Source of the DNA: Chiloscyllium plagiosum
Taxonomy: Eukaryota
Assembly (NCBI RefSeq): GCF_004010195.1
Contig: NC_057718.1
Span: 17,473,093-17,493,092 of the forward strand
DNA: 20,000 bases
Reading direction: 5' to 3'
The notes under the pieces were generated by a model, which saw nothing but the letters and a program-made list of their open reading frames with translations, had not been told where the DNA came from and ran no database searches. Shown here piece by piece: positions 1 through 11,202 of this stretch (the first letter of the stretch is position 1; the number at the start of each line of letters is the position of its first letter). Both the position numbers and the translations under genes were made by a program.

Positions 1-226
1 CAAAATTTTCTTTCCTCTAGTTTAGAACTTCAACTTTTAGATCTGCTCTATCCTTTTCTATCACTATTTTAAAACTAATAGAATTATGATCGCTGGCCCC
101 AAAGTGTTCCCCCACTGACACCTCAGTCACCTGCCCTGCTTTATTTCCCAAGAGTAGGTCAAGTTTTGCACCTTCTCTAGTAGGTACATCCCCATAGTGA
201 ATCAAAAAATTTTTTTGTACACACAT
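1..226 (-). mobile_element. CR1-clade LINE ORF2 fragment, C-terminal part of the apurinic endonuclease domain; continues off the window edge
   Basis: Minus-strand ORF 17..226 reads ...PTREGAKLDLLLGN...GEHFGASDHNSISF, the PTR...LDL...SDH motif series of CR1 endonuclease domains. Confidence 0.88.
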
Positions 227-1164
227 AATTATTGTTATTTCTTACTTGCCTGGCAGACCAAATAAAATGCACAAGTGACCATATAAAACATTTTTGACAT
301 CCTATGAAATCTTGTGATCAGTTTATGTGTCAATAAAAACACAGGAAAGAAGAATGTAATGTTAATAGCTCTCAAACAAATTTAGCTGCCAGTGCACATT
401 TTAAATCTGCACTACCTGCAAATGAAATGTAGTTGAGTTGCAACTGCAAGTCAAACATGAGATAAGAATTTATAGAAACAGTCAATTATGAACCTGTTTT
501 TTGCCACATTTTCATAAACAAATTCACTGGTTTAAACGTTTAGGTGGGATGACTGTTATTTAGTCTTGGTAAAATATTGTGACTTTTCGGCTCTGTACTG
601 AAATTACGTTTTTTTCGTTAAACACTCAGCATTTAAGAACTAGAGGCCTGGTACCCCAGTTTTAATGAGAAAAAAAACTTAAGAGCCTTTCTTCAACTGT
701 AAATACTATACACTGCTTGTTAATCTTCCAAATAAAACTGATGGTACTTCATTCTATCATTGACTGTTTTGTAAGTGCTGTACAAATTCATCCATCCTCT
801 TTTTTTTTTCCTCTCATGTTTGTTTAATATAGATGTATACATCGTCGTATCTGTTATTTAGCTGTTCGGGTACAACAACTGTGTGTACCAATTAGTTCCC
901 TGCTTGTTTGAGTTTCGAAGTTTCAACATTTTAACATTACCACCATCTGAGTGAAACCAATGTAATGGTGTAATTGAGTCTGTTACGATAGAACTTGACT
1001 AGAAGGCATTGCTTAGCCTCTTTCCTCCAGCTGGCTTTAGCCTACAGCGATTTGGGATAGTGGTAGTGTTGATGCATAAGTGCAAATAAAAATTAGCAAT
1101 TATATACCAACATTTCATATGGCAGAACATTATTTTACTATATATTTTGTTCTCTTTATGACAG

Positions 1165-1240
1165 TATTTAACAACAGTCATCCCTTATGAGAAGAAGGCT
1201 GGACCCCCATCTGTAGAAGATCTTCAAATTTTGACCAAAA
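1165..1240 (+). CDS. FEZ2: FEZ2 internal coding exon (YLTTVIPYEKKAGPPSVEDLQILTK + 1 nt), phase 0 to phase 1
   Basis: Acceptor ttttgttctctttatgacAG at 1163-1164 and donor GTGAGT at 1241. The 76-nt exon matches the conserved FEZ C-terminus as I recall it; YLTT and QILTK are FEZ2-like rather than FEZ1-like. Confidence 0.95.
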
Positions 1241-2203
1241 GTGAGTGACAGTGATTTTATAAAATACAAAGAGAGGACTTTGCTCTCAAAACATTTGTTT
1301 TGTTATTATGTCTAGTAAATTATAATTGCAGCCTTTTTATTCTCTGATGTACTGGGAATAAATCATATTTCCCTTGTATGTTTGTGCTTCATTCCTCTGG
1401 GTGAGATAAAAACCAATTCAAATAGATGCAGAACTTTAAGCTATAATTTGGTTACTCTAAATATGTCTAAAGAGGTTAACCAATTAATTTTGGCCCATAG
1501 GTAACTATTGATATTCCAATAGCCCATAGTCCTGAAAATGAAAAGGTCAATAATCCAAATCACTATTGACTGAAAACCTATCTATAAATAAGCTTGGTTC
1601 ACCATTCCCAAGTGTTGATCTTAAAGTTTCAGGCATCCCACTCTGTGCAGTCAGCTTGGTGAGGCCCGGTATGGCATTAGATGTATCAACAGTACCATTA
1701 AGGTACTAGAAAATAATCCTGTAAGATTGCTGCTTTTTAATCCATGAAGCAAGTGCTTCAGGATCTTCTGGCACTCTTAAATTAATGGTTTGGCATATGT
1801 TCTCGGTCTTTGTGGGTATTTTTACAGCAATGATTTGTATGTGAATATCACAGTACCTTTGTATCCAGTTTCTCTAACAAAGGCAGCAGGACTGAATCTG
1901 GAGCCTATTTTAAGGAAGAATCAGGTTTTGTTGTGTTAAGGTGTTCAGAAATGAAAGTCAGATGAACTATAAAATGGGCTGTCCATTTCATCTCACCTGT
2001 TTTGTGCTATTGTCAAAAAGATTTATTTATCACAATCTTTTCCAAAAAAAAGCTCTGTATTTGGAGGCCAAATCTGAAACTACCTGCAGTGCTATCATCT
2101 GTTGCAGAAGTAGTGAGCACACAGCTGTCACTGATATGAGATATTCATTGATGCCCACTTTTATTTAAACATTTGTACATATTTATTTAGTTTATGTTTG
2201 TGA

Positions 2204-3365
2204 CTTAGAAACATACAAAGTAGGAGTAGGAAAATGCCATTCATTCCTTCGAGTCTGCTTTGCCATTCATCCAACTTAGTACCCTTTCTGCAGTTTCCCC
2301 CCCCCCCAATATCTTTTCAACCCTTTAGCCTAAGAATTATAACCCACATTCCTTCTTGAAAGCATTCAATGTTTTGGCACAAGTTGTTTTCTGTGGCAGC
2401 AAAATCCACAGGCACATCACTGTCTTTTAGCCTAAGAATTATAATCCACATTCCTTCTTGAACGCATTCAATGTTTTGGCACAAGTTGTTTTCTGTGGCA
2501 GCAAAATCCACAGGCACATCACTGTCTGGGTGAAGAAATTCCTTTTCATCTGAGTCATCCTTAGACTGTGACCTCTGGTTCTGGACTATCTAGTCATTGG
2601 GATAACACATCCTGTGTTGACTCTGTCTAGTCCTATTGGTATTTTACAAGTTTCTGAGATACCCCATTATTCTTCTAAACCCTAATGAATATAGTCTTAA
2701 TCAATCCAGTATCTCTTCATATATCAGTGCTTCTCTAGCAGGAATCAGCTTGCTAAACATTTGTTGGACTCCCTCCATAGCCAGAACAGCCTTCCTCAGA
2801 TAAGGAGACCAAAGTTAAACACAATACTCCAACTGTGGTCTCATCAAGGTCCTGTAAAGTTGTAGCAAGACATTCCTGTTCCTTTTATTTAAATCCTCTT
2901 GCTGTCAAGACCAGTATACCACTTGCCTTTTCCATTGCCTGCTGCACCTAATGCTTGCTTGCAGCGACTGGTGTATAAGGTCACCCAGGTCTTGTTGCAT
3001 CTCCCCTTATCAGATCATTCAAATAATCTGCCTTCATATTTTTTTCAAACAAGGTAGATTACCTCATCTTGTTTATCTACATTATACTTCATTTACTATG
3101 CATTTGCTGAGTTACTCAATTTATCCAAATCATATTGAAGCATCTCTGCATCTTCCTCACAGTTCACCCTCCCACTCAGCTTTGAGTTGTCTAAAACTTG
3201 GTGATATATTATTCTGTTGCGACAAATCATTTTTTACATATTGTGAACAGCTGGGGTCTAAGACTAATTCCTGTGGAATCCCTCTAGTTACTGGTTATGA
3301 CTTGACAAATGACCCATTTATTTCTACTTTTTGTTTCCTGTCTGTCAACCAATCTCTATCCATGG
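2204..3365 (-). mobile_element. Degraded 5'-truncated CR1 LINE (RT C-terminus plus 3' end)
   Basis: Starts with a reverse-complemented CR1-type 3' tail (tagaaacatacaaagtaggagtagg...gccattc). Contains typical CR1 antisense segments (cacaatactccaactgtggtctc, gcatcttcctcacagttcaccctcccactcagctttg). No intact ORF. Confidence 0.85.
2324..2527. repeat. Tandem duplication, 2 x 102 bp, inside the CR1 fragment
   Basis: tttagcctaagaattataa...ggcacatcactgtct occurs at 2324-2425 and 2426-2527 with 2 mismatches (aaccc/aatcc, gaaag/gaacg). Confidence 0.95.
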
Positions 3366-3483
3366 ATTCTCTGTCCACTTTTAGTGTTTATTCTTCAGTT
3401 GTCTTAATATTCCAAAAGGGAATTTATTCTTTCCTTAAGAAAATGTTGATTTGCAAATCTGATTGTTGCAATCCCCTTTTAAG

Positions 3484-3549
3484 TCCTTCAGGCAATGAAG
3501 GAAGATAGTGAGAAAGTGCCAAGCTTGCTGACAGATTACATTCTGAAAG
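3484..3549 (+). CDS. FEZ2: FEZ2 penultimate coding exon ((I)LQAMKEDSEKVPSLLTDYILK + 1 nt), phase 1 to phase 1
   Basis: Acceptor cccctttt-aAG ending at 3483 and donor GTTAGT at 3550. The 66-nt exon continues the reading frame from 1165-1240. Confidence 0.95.
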
Positions 3550-4918
3550 GTTAGTCCAGATTTACTTCCAAATTATTCACTAATATGTAAATAGTCAAAT
3601 GCTGATAAATTATAAGTGATCTGTATTTTTATATTGTCTTTTCTCACTACTGAATTTTATTGCAATGACCTCTAGTATGGTTGATTTGAATGTTTATTAA
3701 AATGTGTTTTTTCCCAATAGTATGGCTCAGTTCTGGTATGCATTGATGACTGGAGGTTGTACAAGGAGACTAAAATGTTGCCAAAGAACACTTTCAACTG
3801 AGACCTTAATTGTACATCAGCCAAATTTAAAATCAAGATCGGATGACAATATTTATCTAGAACTAATTGCTCTGCTAAATGTAAGACTGTTGGAAGTATT
3901 CTGATAGGTCATTAACTATCTTGTATCTTAATCTAGTTTTACCTGCACAAAAAAGTAAACTTGTAGTAATCTCCATGAATGTTAAACAGGCAGTTTGTTC
4001 GTAGGTAGTACGTTCAATTGTTTGACATTTTTTTGGCAACACATAATCAACACTGTGATGTAAGTTACATTAAACCACATTGCTGTGATATTAGCCAAAA
4101 TCAGCATCATGGAAATTGAGCAGAACCTGTTTGGGTACTAGCTTGCTGTGTAACGTGATTACATGCATTTCTAAAGGCAAATCGAATTTGTATGGGGTTT
4201 TTCTAGTCTTCCTTCATAGATGTTCAGCAGTAACCCCAGGGAAGTAGTCATTTTCCTGCAGAGATCACAGAAAATAATTTGAAGAATTGCTGCACAAATT
4301 CTGAGTGGCAGTTACTAAGCTACTCTGATCATTTTAGTATTAAGACAGCAAAGTTTTTTTTAATAGGATCCTTCTGAAATTGGATCTTGGCTCGTTAATG
4401 GGGCATGATTGTAGCTATACTGTTTTGTGTTTATACTATAACTGATCAGATACTATCTGATGCTTACACTGGGTGTCAAAATTGAAAAGTTGTTTCATTT
4501 TCCAGCAATGATGACCAGTATCATTATAAGAAAAAAAAAATCACCCCTCATTTATTTTCCTAGAATGAATGAAACGTGCCATTATCAAGAATTGTCACCT
4601 GTTTATAGAAGTTGAGCAATTGTTGTAAAGCGTGAGGGCTTCAAAAATACCAATTGTTGCATGTTCTACCCCTTCTTTCCTTTCTAGTTTTATTCCTTTC
4701 CCAAACAAGAAATTATTTATTAACTTCTATTCATGAAAACGACTAAAACGTAACCAGTTTATTGCCAAATTCTGTCTTGAAGCAGAAATAATTCACTTAA
4801 AGAATTTCCACCCTTGTGTCAATGCTTCAAACTTAATTTCTTTTCCTGCAGACTACATAAATAATCAGCATAATTTGAAACAGTATGGCAAGTTGCTCGG
4901 CAGGCTTAATTCCCTACA

Positions 4919-5062
4919 GGAGAAAGTGAGGACTGCAGATGCTGGAGATCAGAGTCAAAAAGTATGGCGCTGGAAAAGTCGGGCAGCATCCAAGGAGAAG
5001 GAGTCGACGTTTCGGGCATCAGCCCTTATGGTGTGCTTTTTCAGCACCACACATTTTGATTT
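4919..5062 (-). mobile_element. Miniature Penelope-like terminal-repeat remnant with a fold-back (inverted) end and a partial hammerhead motif
   Basis: actgcagatgctgga...gctggaaaag...gcagcatcc...gtcgacgtttcgggcatcagccctt is homologous to the PLE termini at 11200-11326 and 19783-19910. Segments 4952-4978 and 5036-5062 are imperfect inverted repeats. Confidence 0.85.
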
Positions 5063-5374
5063 CACTCCTTATAAGCATACAGCAAAAAGCTCTGATAACA
5101 GTGCTGATTTATTGCCTGCAAACTTGCCAGTGTAAATTGATCTTCAGGCACTTACAATTTAGAATTAGCTTGCAGTAAAACACGTCAGTGGAGATAAAAA
5201 GGAAATTACAGAAACAAAAGGGCATAACGGAATGATAATTACACTTTATAAGAAATTGTATCATGTGGTCAAAAGGATTTGCTTCCCCCCTTTTCTGTAA
5301 GCATGTGGAAATGAGAAATTTAGTCTCTTAGTAGTTTTACATTTGGTTTCTGTAAATAAGGCGTATATATAGTT

Positions 5375-5683
5375 ATCATAGAATCCCTACAATGTGAAAA
5401 CAGGCCCTTCAGACCACAAGTCCACCCAGACCCATTCCCCTATCCTATTACTCTGTATTTATCCCTGACTAATGCACCTAACCTACACATTTCTGAACAC
5501 TGTGCAATTTAGCATGGCCAATTCCCCTAACCCGAACGTTTTTGGACTGGGAGGAAACTGGAGGAAACCCACACAGACACAGGGAGAATGTGGAAACTCA
5601 TCACAGACAGCCACTCAAGGATGTAATCAAACCTGGGTCCCTGGATGTGTGAGGCAGCAGTGCTAGCCACTGAGCCACCATGC
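5375..5683 (-). mobile_element. tRNA-derived SINE, HE1/V-SINE-like
   Basis: On the minus strand: box A (tggctcagtgg), box B (ggtttgattac), a central ttctccctgtgtctgtgtgggtttcctcc domain and a CR1-like 3' tail (gggcctgttttcacattgtagggattctatga). Confidence 0.88.
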
Positions 5684-5989
5684 TTCTATCTCATGTTAAG
5701 GGATATGATAGCATGTTAATTTTTGTTGAAAATTCTTAGACATGATCCGTTAAGTACAAAACTTCAACACCCACAGAACTCTGCTAGGTATTTTGAAAGA
5801 ATGTAAAAATACCCTTGAAAATAAATTAAAGAACCAAGGATTGGAAGGAATGCTAGTGGAGGTGGGGTTAGGTTAGTGGTGTGTTGCTGGTGGAGCTGGG
5901 TGTGGAGCTGTGAAACTCCAGTAGTGGATTGGAGAGAGCTTAACTACATAACTCGTCCTGAGTTGGAAAATGCAAGGTCAGACCTCCCT

Positions 5990-6400
5990 GGGAGCCCAAT
6001 CGTTCTCTCTGTTTCTGCAAAACTGCAAAGGCCAACCTGCCAAGTCGTACACTTGTGCAGACACTCAAAGCAAAAGGAGCACATGTACAGGATAAAATAC
6101 ATCCAAAAAGGCTTGACCGAGGATGTAGGACAAAAGACCAAACTATACACTTCACCTGATCTGACCCAACCTGAAGTTGCCTGTAGCTTTGGACCTTCAA
6201 GCTTTCAGTATCAGCTTGACCTTCATGTAGTGCAGATGTGTGGCAGAAATAAGAACCAAATGTCAATCAACTCCAAGACCTATAACATCAGCAGCTAGAT
6301 GGCTTCCAATCCTCAGGGACATATTCTAGGTATTTATGTTTCCTTCACCATCAGCACTTTGCATACCGTTTACTCTCCAATTCCACTAGGAAACTAGAAT
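5990..6400 (+). mobile_element. Possible highly decayed RTE-clade LINE RT C-terminal fragment
   Basis: Within ORF 5876..6298, CRHSKQKE...YQLDLHVVQM loosely resembles the RTE pattern RRHLKxLE...QLRWAGHVVRM with similar spacing. This is a weak by-eye similarity only. Confidence 0.35.
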
Positions 6401-7721
6401 TATGTGGGCAAAACAAAGATTCTGAAACCTAACAGTACAGGATCCTCCCTCACTATTACCTAGTCTTCCACCTAAGGAAGAGATGTACCCTGGTAATAAA
6501 GCACCAAGAAAAAGAAGTAACCTCCTTTAAAAGCCAGATTTGCCGTGCTTTGAATTGTTGAACATTAAGTTGCTAGATAAGTTAAAATCTATGTCCTCAA
6601 ATGAAAGTGTAGCATTTAAAGTTGATCTGTCACACTTCAGATCTCACCAGTGTTCAAAGCGTCTTCAAGAAATTTCAACAAACAGAATTGATAGGATTTT
6701 TAAGTGCATAAACGTTCAAATGTAGTTGCAGAGTTAAAGTTCATACAAGGCTAATCTGGTATGGTGACAAAGTAATTTTCCACCAGTTACAGATTTAAGT
6801 CCTTATCCTGTTTTACTCCCCAGCCTATCAGCTTTGTCTGTGTGAGCCCTGGCAATCTGTCAGTTCAGCAATTGCCTGGTGCAGCTTTCGGGAGCTGAGC
6901 ATCCCCAGGACAAGAGAAAGAGCTGGCATTTTATTCCATTCGAAACACATTTTGATGACTATTAGTAATTTTGATACCAATTGTGAAAAGTGCAGAACAA
7001 AGCTTTGTGTCTCTATCTTGTAGAGGACAAATTGACCCAGCACATGGCCCCAGTGGGAAATCTTTTTTTTAATTAAAAGACCACTTACAATAATAACAAA
7101 CTTGTCTAAAGTCAGGTAAATGAATTTAATTGCAGTGTGATTATGTAGATTGAGAAAACTGTAAAGTATTTAATTCACTTTAGTTTTTTCCTTTTGTTTT
7201 TGGATTTTTGTTTCTGTTGAATTTACATTTACTTTCCTCTAACACCTGATGTTTCTTTGTTTTGTTTTTTTTTGTTGTGCTAGCACTCGTATAAAGGCTG
7301 GATTGACTGAGGTTTGTGTATATTGTCCAAAGGACAGAGGTCTCTGGGACTTTTAATGTAACTAGCACTTGTATATTTGTGCAGTTCTTAGGAACTGATA
7401 TCCTGGTTGTTTACCATGATGTAAAAGGATTCATTCCTACTTAAATGATGACTTCATGCATGTTTGTTTCCTCTCTAGAGTCCCAAAACCAAGTAACTGC
7501 TTTTTAATCATTTGTTGCTTTAATCATATATACCATACTTTGTGTTTCGCTCTCAAAAAAAAAGTTTCATGGCAGCACTGGTCAAAGGATGTTTGTTTGT
7601 TTGTTTGTTGTGTAAACTTATGTATGTAATTAGTTATCTGGCTTTTTCTGTAAAAAGATTCTTGTCTTGCTCTCCTACATCCAAGGGATAAACTGCGGAT
7701 AGGAAGCACAGTGGATAGAAT

Positions 7722-8061
7722 GGCACAGTGGCTCTGTGGTTAGTACTACTGCCTTACAGCACCAGGGACCTGGGTTTGATTACAGCCTTGGGTCACTGTG
7801 TGGAGTTTGTCTGTTCTCCCCACATCTGTGTGGGTTTCTTCTGGGTGCTCTGATTTCATCCCATAGTCCGCAGATGTGCAGGTTAGGTTGTTTGGCCTTG
7901 CTAAATTGCCCTGTTGTGTCCAGAGTTGTACAGGTTAGTTGGGTTAGCTATGGTAAATATGGAGTTAGGGGAATAAATGGGGATGAGATGCTCTTCTGAC
8001 GGTCCGCGCAGACTCGTTGGACTAAATGGTCTCTATTTGCACTGTAGGGACTGTGATTTCT
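7722..8061 (+). mobile_element. tRNA-derived SINE, HE1/V-SINE-like
   Basis: Box A ggcacagtggctctgtggttag, box B gggtttgattac (7772-7783), central gttctccccacatctgtgtgggtttc and 3' tail gcactgtagggactgtga. Same family as 5375-5683, in the opposite orientation. Confidence 0.88.
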
Positions 8062-8581
8062 GAAAAGCTTGTATGCTGAGCTAATGTCTTCATGGATCTT
8101 GTATGTATAGAGAACTCTTTTACTAATAAAAAATTAAATTGGCAATATAGTCATTTGGTGTTTTGGGAAGTGGAAAAAAATCTTAGTTTGTGGAAAGAGA
8201 GAGAGATCTTGAGATGTTGCCATTCCCAGAAATAATTGAAAATCTCTAGAAGTACATAGGACAGTTAATTAGGGGAATCAAAACGATATATGGAATCTGA
8301 AGGCTAAAATGTAAAATTACTGCAAGATGTTAAATTAACTGAGAAGTGATTCACATTGAGCATGCGATTTTAAGGACCTTTACATGTTTCTAAACAATAT
8401 AAGGGTTCAAAGTTTGTAAACTGTGTCTTCCAGGAGGTCAGACCTCTGCAAAGGGCAAGAGATCTGTGTTCTGTTTGGGTGGCTTTTATACAAGATTTGT
8501 TGTTTATGGAAAATGAGAGAGGAGTGTGTTCATATAGCACCATTTATAGCATTATTATTGAATGCTGTGTGGATTTTTAAC

Positions 8582-9210
8582 ATTTTATTCATTTTATGGG
8601 ATGTGGGCATCGCTGGCTGGCTAGCCTTTATTGTCTGCCCCTAGTTTCCCTTGAGAAAGCAGTGGTGAGTTGCCTTCGTGAACCACTGCAGTTCATCTGC
8701 TGTGGGTTGACCCACAATACCATTAGGGAGGGAATTCAAGGATTTGGACTCAGCTATAGCGGCACAGTGACATATTTCCAAGTCAAGATGGTGAGTGGTG
8801 TGGAGGAGATTTTGAAAGTGGTGGTGTTCCCATATATCTGCAGCCCTTGTCCTTCTAGATGGAAGTGATTGTCGGTTTGTCTGAGGATCTTTGGATATCT
8901 GCAATTCAGCTTGTAGATGGTACTAGATGGCATATGCTGCTGCTTATGAGTGTCAGTGGTGCAGGGAGTGGATGTTTGTGGATGTGGTGCCAGTCAAGCA
9001 GGCTGCTTTGTTCTGGATGGTGTCAAGCTTCTTGAGTCTTGTTGGGGTTGCACTCATCCAGGCAAGTGGGGGGTATTTGATCTCATTCTTTGTGCCTTGC
9101 AGATGATGGACAGGCTTTGGGGAGTTGGGAGGTGAGTTACTTGCTGCAGTATTCCTAATATCTGACCTGCTTTTGTAGCCACTGTGTTTATGTGGTGAAT
9201 CCAGTGGATT
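8582..9210 (-). mobile_element. 5'-truncated CR1/L2-group LINE, ORF2 C-terminus plus 3'UTR
   Basis: Minus-strand translations YPPLAWMSATPTRLKKLDTIQNKAACL...NIHSLHH and SLNSLPNGIVGQPTADELQWFTKATHHCFLKGN*, followed by a short 3'UTR ending in an A-rich tail near 8582. Confidence 0.85.
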
Positions 9211-9269
9211 ATAAGAGGTTAAATTATGATAACATATATAAACATAATTTGGATTGTTTTGGATATACA

Positions 9270-9445
9270 AGTTCAGGAAGATGACCTCCTCAAGATGTTT
9301 CAGGTTGCAAAATTGATCAATTTCCTTTTGTGATTACAAAATCTAGAATAAAAGCATAATCTTAAAATCAGAGCCATACTATTTGGAGTGAAATTGAGAA
9401 GCATTTCTTGCATTAAAAATTCTAGAAACCTGAAAGTCTTTCTTT
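9270..9445 (+). mobile_element. Very degraded CR1 3'-region fragment
   Basis: gcataatcttaaaatcagagcc...gagaagcatttcttgc resembles the CR1 ORF2 'RGHNLKI...RKHFF' coding region. Confidence 0.5.
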
Positions 9446-9469
9446 CTGTTCCCCACTTGCCTGTTAACT

Positions 9470-9750
9470 TGACTTGGAAGGGAATTTGCAGGGATTGGTA
9501 ACCCCAAGAATTGATGCTTTTCTTCTGAGTGGAAGATGGGGCATTGGTCAGTCACTACATTGCACCTTGATGGTACACACTGCAGTCATTGAGAACCAGT
9601 GGTTGAAAATTGGATGTTTCAGATGATGGGTGCGATACCAATTTAGTGGGCTGCTTTATCCTGAATGGTATTGAGCATCTGAAGTGATGTTGGAGCTGCA
9701 CTTCTCGAGGCAAATCTGTAGATTATGGTTTGGGAAGTTGGAATGTAGCT
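9470..9750 (-). mobile_element. Older copy of the 8582-9210 LINE family; left part of an element that resumes at 11343-11359 and about 12212-12325
   Basis: gggctgctttatcctgaatggtattgagcatctgaagtgatgttggagctgcact aligns with 9001-9055. ggtttgggaagttggaatgtagct|acttagtgcagaattct aligns across the PLE with 9113-9157. Confidence 0.75.
9735..9750. repeat. Left copy of the 16-bp target-site duplication of the PLE (AAGTTGGAATGTAGCT); right copy at 11327-11342
   Basis: Exact direct repeat immediately flanking both ends of the insertion. Confidence 0.95.
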
Positions 9751-9791
9751 TCTGGATTAGTGGTGCTGGAAAAGCACAGCAGTTCAGGCAG

Positions 9792-10644
9792 CATCCAGTC
9801 CCTCTACACCGCCATCCGCCATGACCAGGGCCTCCAAGCCCTCTGTTTCTTCCTCTCCTAACGTCCCCAACAGTACCCTTCCACCGACACGCTCATTCGT
9901 TTGGCCGAACTGGTCCTCACCCTTAATAATTTCTTCTTCAAATCCTTCCACTTCCTCTAGACCAAAGGGGTAGCCATGGGCACCCGTATGGGCTCCAGCT
10001 ATGCCTGTCTCTTTGCTGACTACGTAGAATAGCCCATCTTCCGTAATTATATCGGCACCACTCCCCAACTCTTCCTCCGCTACATTGATGACTGCATTGG
10101 CGCCACCTCGTGCTCCCGCAAGGAGGTTGAGCAATTAATCAACTTCACCAACACATTTCACCCTGACCTTAAATTTACCTGGATCATCTCTGACACCTCC
10201 CTCCCCTTTCTGGACCTCTCCATCTCCATTAATGACGACGACTTGACACCGACATTTTCTACAAACTCACGGACTCCCACAGCTACCTGATTACATCTCT
10301 TCCCACTCCACTTCCTGCAAAAATGCCATCCCATATTCCCAATTCCTCCGCCGTATCTGCTCCCAGGAGGATCAGTTCCACCACAGAACACACCAGATGG
10401 CCTCCTTCTTTAGAGACCACAATTTCCCTTCCCACGTGGTTAAAGATGCCCTCCAACGCATCTCATACACATCCCGCACCTCCGCCCTCAGACCCAACCC
10501 CTCCAACCGCAACAAGGACAGAACGCCCCTGGTGCACACCTTCCACCCTACCAACCTTCGCATAAACCAAATCATCCACCGACATTTCCGCCACCTCCAA
10601 ACAGACACCACCACCAGGGATATATTTCCCTCCCCACACCTTTC
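9792..10644 (+). pseudogene. Decayed PLE reverse transcriptase (palm, thumb and linker)
   Basis: Translation gives IQSLYT...LAELVLTLNNF...TKGVAMGTRMG.SYA...FLRYIDD (YIDD at 10081-10092)...HPDLKFT...LPFLDL. It has several in-frame stops and frameshifts. Confidence 0.92.
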
Positions 10645-11064
10645 NNNNNNNNNNNNNNNNNNNNNNNNNNNNNNNNNNNNNNNNNNNNNNNNNNNNNNNN
10701 NNNNNNNNNNNNNNNNNNNNNNNNNNNNNNNNNNNNNNNNNNNNNNNNNNNNNNNNNNNNNNNNNNNNNNNNNNNNNNNNNNNNNNNNNNNNNNNNNNNN
10801 NNNNNNNNNNNNNNNNNNNNNNNNNNNNNNNNNNNNNNNNNNNNNNNNNNNNNNNNNNNNNNNNNNNNNNNNNNNNNNNNNNNNNNNNNNNNNNNNNNNN
10901 NNNNNNNNNNNNNNNNNNNNNNNNNNNNNNNNNNNNNNNNNNNNNNNNNNNNNNNNNNNNNNNNNNNNNNNNNNNNNNNNNNNNNNNNNNNNNNNNNNNN
11001 NNNNNNNNNNNNNNNNNNNNNNNNNNNNNNNNNNNNNNNNNNNNNNNNNNNNNNNNNNNNNNNN
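10645..11064. other. Assembly gap (420 N)
   Basis: Run of N inside the PLE, at the position where the GIY-YIG endonuclease would be expected. Confidence 0.99.
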
Positions 11065-11202
11065 CCACCTATCCACTCCACCCTCCTCCCTGACCTATCA
11101 CCTTCATCCCCACCCCCACTCACCTATTGCACTCTATGCTACTTTCTCCCCACCCCCACCCTCCTCTCATTTATCTCTCCACACTTCAGGCACTCTGCCT
11201 GT

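Noticed and set aside
2951..3508. 185-aa + strand ORF
   Set aside because: Mostly the antisense strand of a decayed CR1. It overlaps the true FEZ2 exon in a different frame and shows no protein-family features.
5600..5683. tRNA-like box A/B sequences here and at 7722-7790
   Set aside because: These are SINE heads joined to SINE bodies and tails, with no complete cloverleaf, so they are not tRNA genes.
7590..7610. Short (TTTG)n run, plus a short imperfect repeat at 14370-14408
   Set aside because: Ordinary low-complexity or slippage repeats with no array structure. Nothing CRISPR-like is present in the window.
9784..10391. Minus-strand ORFs of 116 and 77 aa
   Set aside because: Antisense shadows of the PLE RT.
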